Source: Octopus bimaculoides (lineage: Eukaryota). From it: a stretch of 54,611 nucleotides of DNA. Below, one piece after another: positions 52,035-54,611 of this stretch. The stretch lies in contig NC_068993.1 in NCBI RefSeq assembly GCF_001194135.2, positions 35,349,319 to 35,403,929 of the forward strand, in the 5' to 3' direction. A model generated the notes under the pieces. The model saw nothing but the letters and a program-made list of their open reading frames with translations, did no database searches and was not told the origin of the DNA. The stretch's first letter is position 1, and each line of letters starts with the position of its first letter. Made by a program: the position numbers and the translations under genes.

Positions 52035-52297
52035 GGGCATATGGCGTAGTGGTTAAGAGAGCAGGCTACTAACCGCAAGATTCCGAGTTCGATTCCAGGC
52101 AAGTAACCTGAATAATAATAATAATAATAACATCGAAAAATACATTAGGAATGAGAACCCAGGTTCGAAATTTCCCCAAAACACCCGATAAAGGCTAGAA
52201 GGTATATCAGCCGAAACGTTGTGTTAACAACAAACAAGATGAGGACGAATATCCGTCAAATGTAAATAATTCCTCATGTCTTAAATATAGAACTGTA
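52035..52297 (+). mobile_element. tRNA-headed SINE-like element with internal (AAT)n and hammerhead-like 3' region
   Basis: A box TGGCGTAGTGG 52042-52052, B box GTTCGATTCC 52087-52096, (AAT)n 52111-52130, hammerhead-like fold 52180-52225. Confidence 0.75.
52180..52225 (+). ncRNA. Degenerate minimal type I hammerhead ribozyme motif
   Basis: AACAC-CCGATAA-A-GGCT-(AGAAGGTATATC)-AGCC-GAAAC-GTT-GTGTT. Stem I AACAC/GTGTT, stem II GGCT/AGCC, palindromic ACGT stem III. The core differs from CTGANGA at two positions. Confidence 0.6.
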
Positions 52298-52334
52298 TTA
52301 AACCAGTATGTCCAACAAATATTACCGTGCATGC

Positions 52335-52570
52335 CATCGGTTACGACGACGCGTATTCGAGTTGGTTCGTTGTACGGAACAGCCTCCACGTGAAATTAAC
52401 GTATAAGTGGGTGAGCATGCCTTAACGTTGTTCTCAGGGAGATTCAACGTGACACAGAATGTGACAAGGCTTAATATTTGAACTATAATATATTTTTGCC
52501 AGCTGAGTAGACTGGAACAACGTGAAAAAAAATATTTTGAGTCTTTTATCTATTAAGTGCCTTGCTTAAA
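52335..52570 (-). mobile_element. SINE family C
   Basis: GTGAAATTAACGT...TTCTCAGGGAGATTCAACGTGACACAGAATGTGACAAGGC...GCCAGCTGAGTAGACTGGAACAACGTG is the reverse complement of the family body. Confidence 0.8.
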
Positions 52571-52995
52571 AGCAACCTTTTTATTCTTCATCACAAAATA
52601 GCTGAGTGTCCCCTGCGAAAACCTTCTGGCATAGATCTTCACAAGTTCCTCAGATACTACGATCACCCCTTTATCTCTATTATTTCTCAAACAACCTAAT
52701 GAATTTTATTGTTGCCAACACGCCCTCGTCTTTTTTTATTATTTTCTTTTCAAGATAGCCCTTACCAAACTTGATTTAATAGATAATAAAGCACATATAG
52801 CGATANNNNNNNNNNNNNNNNNNNNNNNNNNNNNNNNNNNNNNNNNNNNNNNNNNNNNNNNNNNNNNNNNNNNNNNNNNNNNNNNNNNNNNNNNNNNNNN
52901 NNNNNNNNNNNNNNNNNNNNNNNNNNNNNNNNNNNNNNNNNNNNNNNNNNNNNNNNNNNNNNNNNNNNNNNNNNNNNNNNNNNNNNNNNNNNNNN

Positions 52996-53125
<130 letters not shown>

Positions 53126-53249
53126 TAAAATATCGCTTTTTTGGAGAAAGCTTCTATGATGGTTTATTTTTTTTCTAGTTTTTCTTTCGTTAATAACTGT
53201 ATTGTGTTCAGAATATTTCTAGAAAATTAATTCATTTAGTATTGTCTAG

Positions 53250-53520
53250 CATTTAGTATATGCTGATGACATTAAATATTGTTAAGTACGTCTGTAAGCA
53301 ACACAGTTTGTACAAACCTTAATGAACAGAGTATATTTTTTTTTGCATTTTGTTTAACAATCAGAAAACATAAGTATATCAGATTATAATAATTTCACAT
53401 GGATTGAAGAAAGCCGGTTAAAATATATTGACGGTGCACTTCGATATTATTATTTTAGAAAAAAATAATTTCCTATATGAGAAATGTACAGAGACGAAAG
53501 AAAGATCTTTCTGTATTTAG
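53250..53520 (+). mobile_element. Possible very old CR1/Jockey-like RT fragment
   Basis: HLVYADDIK (YADD at 53259-53270) and a downstream NVQRR (53483). The spacing is shorter than expected, so support is weak. Confidence 0.25.
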
Positions 53521-54296
53521 TTATGCCCCTTTATATGTTCATAACTACTGTTTGGGATGGTTTTCACATTTTTTCAAGTGTCAATAAAATAGCCACGGAA
53601 CATATAGCATCAATCTTAAAAGCTTCCGCACAACTATTATAGCAGCATTGGCTCTTATCGTATTACATTACGTCGTTATAACCAAGAAAGAACGCATTGC
53701 ATAATGTAATCCTAAATACACAATGAAAACGGAATATGGGATTGTCTTGGCTAGTTGATTCATATTAAGATTAATCTGTGGTTAAACAAGATTTGGGTTT
53801 TTATGTTAGTTAAATAAAAATAATTGGGCTAGTATGCATTCGAGTCTTGGCGGATGATGTTATAATTCACTCACACAATTATAACGTAAAACAGTATCGC
53901 AAATCATTTTTGAAAAAAGTAGATGTCAGTAATGGACAAAATTACAAATTCAGGTGTATATCTATTATTAAACTGACTGATATCTTTAGAAAAATTAAAT
54001 ATATAAAAATATGATAGATTATTCATAAAGGATTTTTGCTTATGCATGCAAAATAAAAATAACTTGTCTTATTGTAAAATGCTATCAAATATGTTCACTG
54101 GTAATAATAATCTGCTCCAATTGCTAAAATCGTTGTCTATTCTTGAAGACAGCTCAGATTAACTAATTCTTTAATGAGAAATAGGTCAAATGAGGAAGGG
54201 ATTACAAATAGGTATTAACTAAGAGATTTCATTCCATTCTACGAATTAAAATTCTAGTGATGTGAATGAACTTTATCCTTCTCTGTACCTGGATCG

Positions 54297-54344
<48 letters not shown>
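54297..54344. repeat. (ATT)n tract = (AAT)n tail/target of the Dong LINE on the minus strand
   Basis: Directly abuts the Dong 3'UTR at 54345. Confidence 0.9.
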
Positions 54345-54347
<3 letters not shown>

Positions 54348-54611
54348 TAGTTTTATTTTTATAACGTGCTTTCACTTCACTACCGAGCGCAGCTCTGTGC
54401 GCCTTGGGTATGTGCTGTGGTTTGCTGTGGTGCTCTTATGTTTACTGTATTGAAAGTGTTTTGCGTAGAATGTGTGCAGTACCCAGTAGTGCAATTTTCT
54501 GTATGTTATATATATTTGTAAGTCCTGGTGTTTTTGTTATGTATTTGTCTGAATATTTTTTTATTATACCTAAGGCACCTACTATGATAGGAATTGTTTC
54601 TGTTTTTAGAT
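54345..54611 (-). mobile_element. 3' end of an R4/Dong-clade LINE, continues beyond the window
   Basis: Minus frame 54609->54442 reads LKTETIPIIVGALGIIKKYSDKYITKTPGLTNIYNIQKIALLGTAHILRKTLSIQ*, the characteristic R4/Dong C-terminus. A ~100-nt 3'UTR follows, ending ...ACTACTG-(AAT)n. Confidence 0.88.

Noticed and set aside
52040-52100. Functional tRNA gene
   Set aside because: A and B boxes are present but acceptor, anticodon and T stems do not pair properly; this is a SINE head.

Overview
AT-rich, microsatellite-saturated metazoan genomic DNA with 12 N-gaps, most of them at collapsed (TA)n/(CA)n/(GA)n/(AAT)n tracts. The repeat landscape is what I recall for octopus genomes; the taxon is my inference, not a database result. 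I cannot support any intact host protein-coding gene. Nearly all ORFs in the supplied track are microsatellite read-throughs, N-runs, SINE reading frames or transposon relics. Recognisable elements: a decayed R4/Dong LINE (21.5-24.4 kb, +); the 3' end of a second Dong LINE running off the window (-); a 5'-truncated, young-looking L1/Tx1 LINE (41.2-43.0 kb, +); an RTE fragment; a full-length decayed mariner with TIRs; two further Tc1/mariner relics; a MITE; at least four tRNA-derived SINE families in about 25 copies or fragments; and several hammerhead-ribozyme-like relics of the Penelope type. The most interesting structure is at 41.2-43.3 kb. A Tx1 LINE sits inside the head of a CORE-type SINE with a perfect 17-bp TSD, and its last 32 nt match (31/32) the 3' tail of that same SINE, which itself appears nested in another SINE head. 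This suggests a Tx1 LINE/SINE pair that targets SINE heads. Second is a tRNA-headed SINE-like element carrying a degenerate minimal hammerhead at 52.0-52.3 kb.
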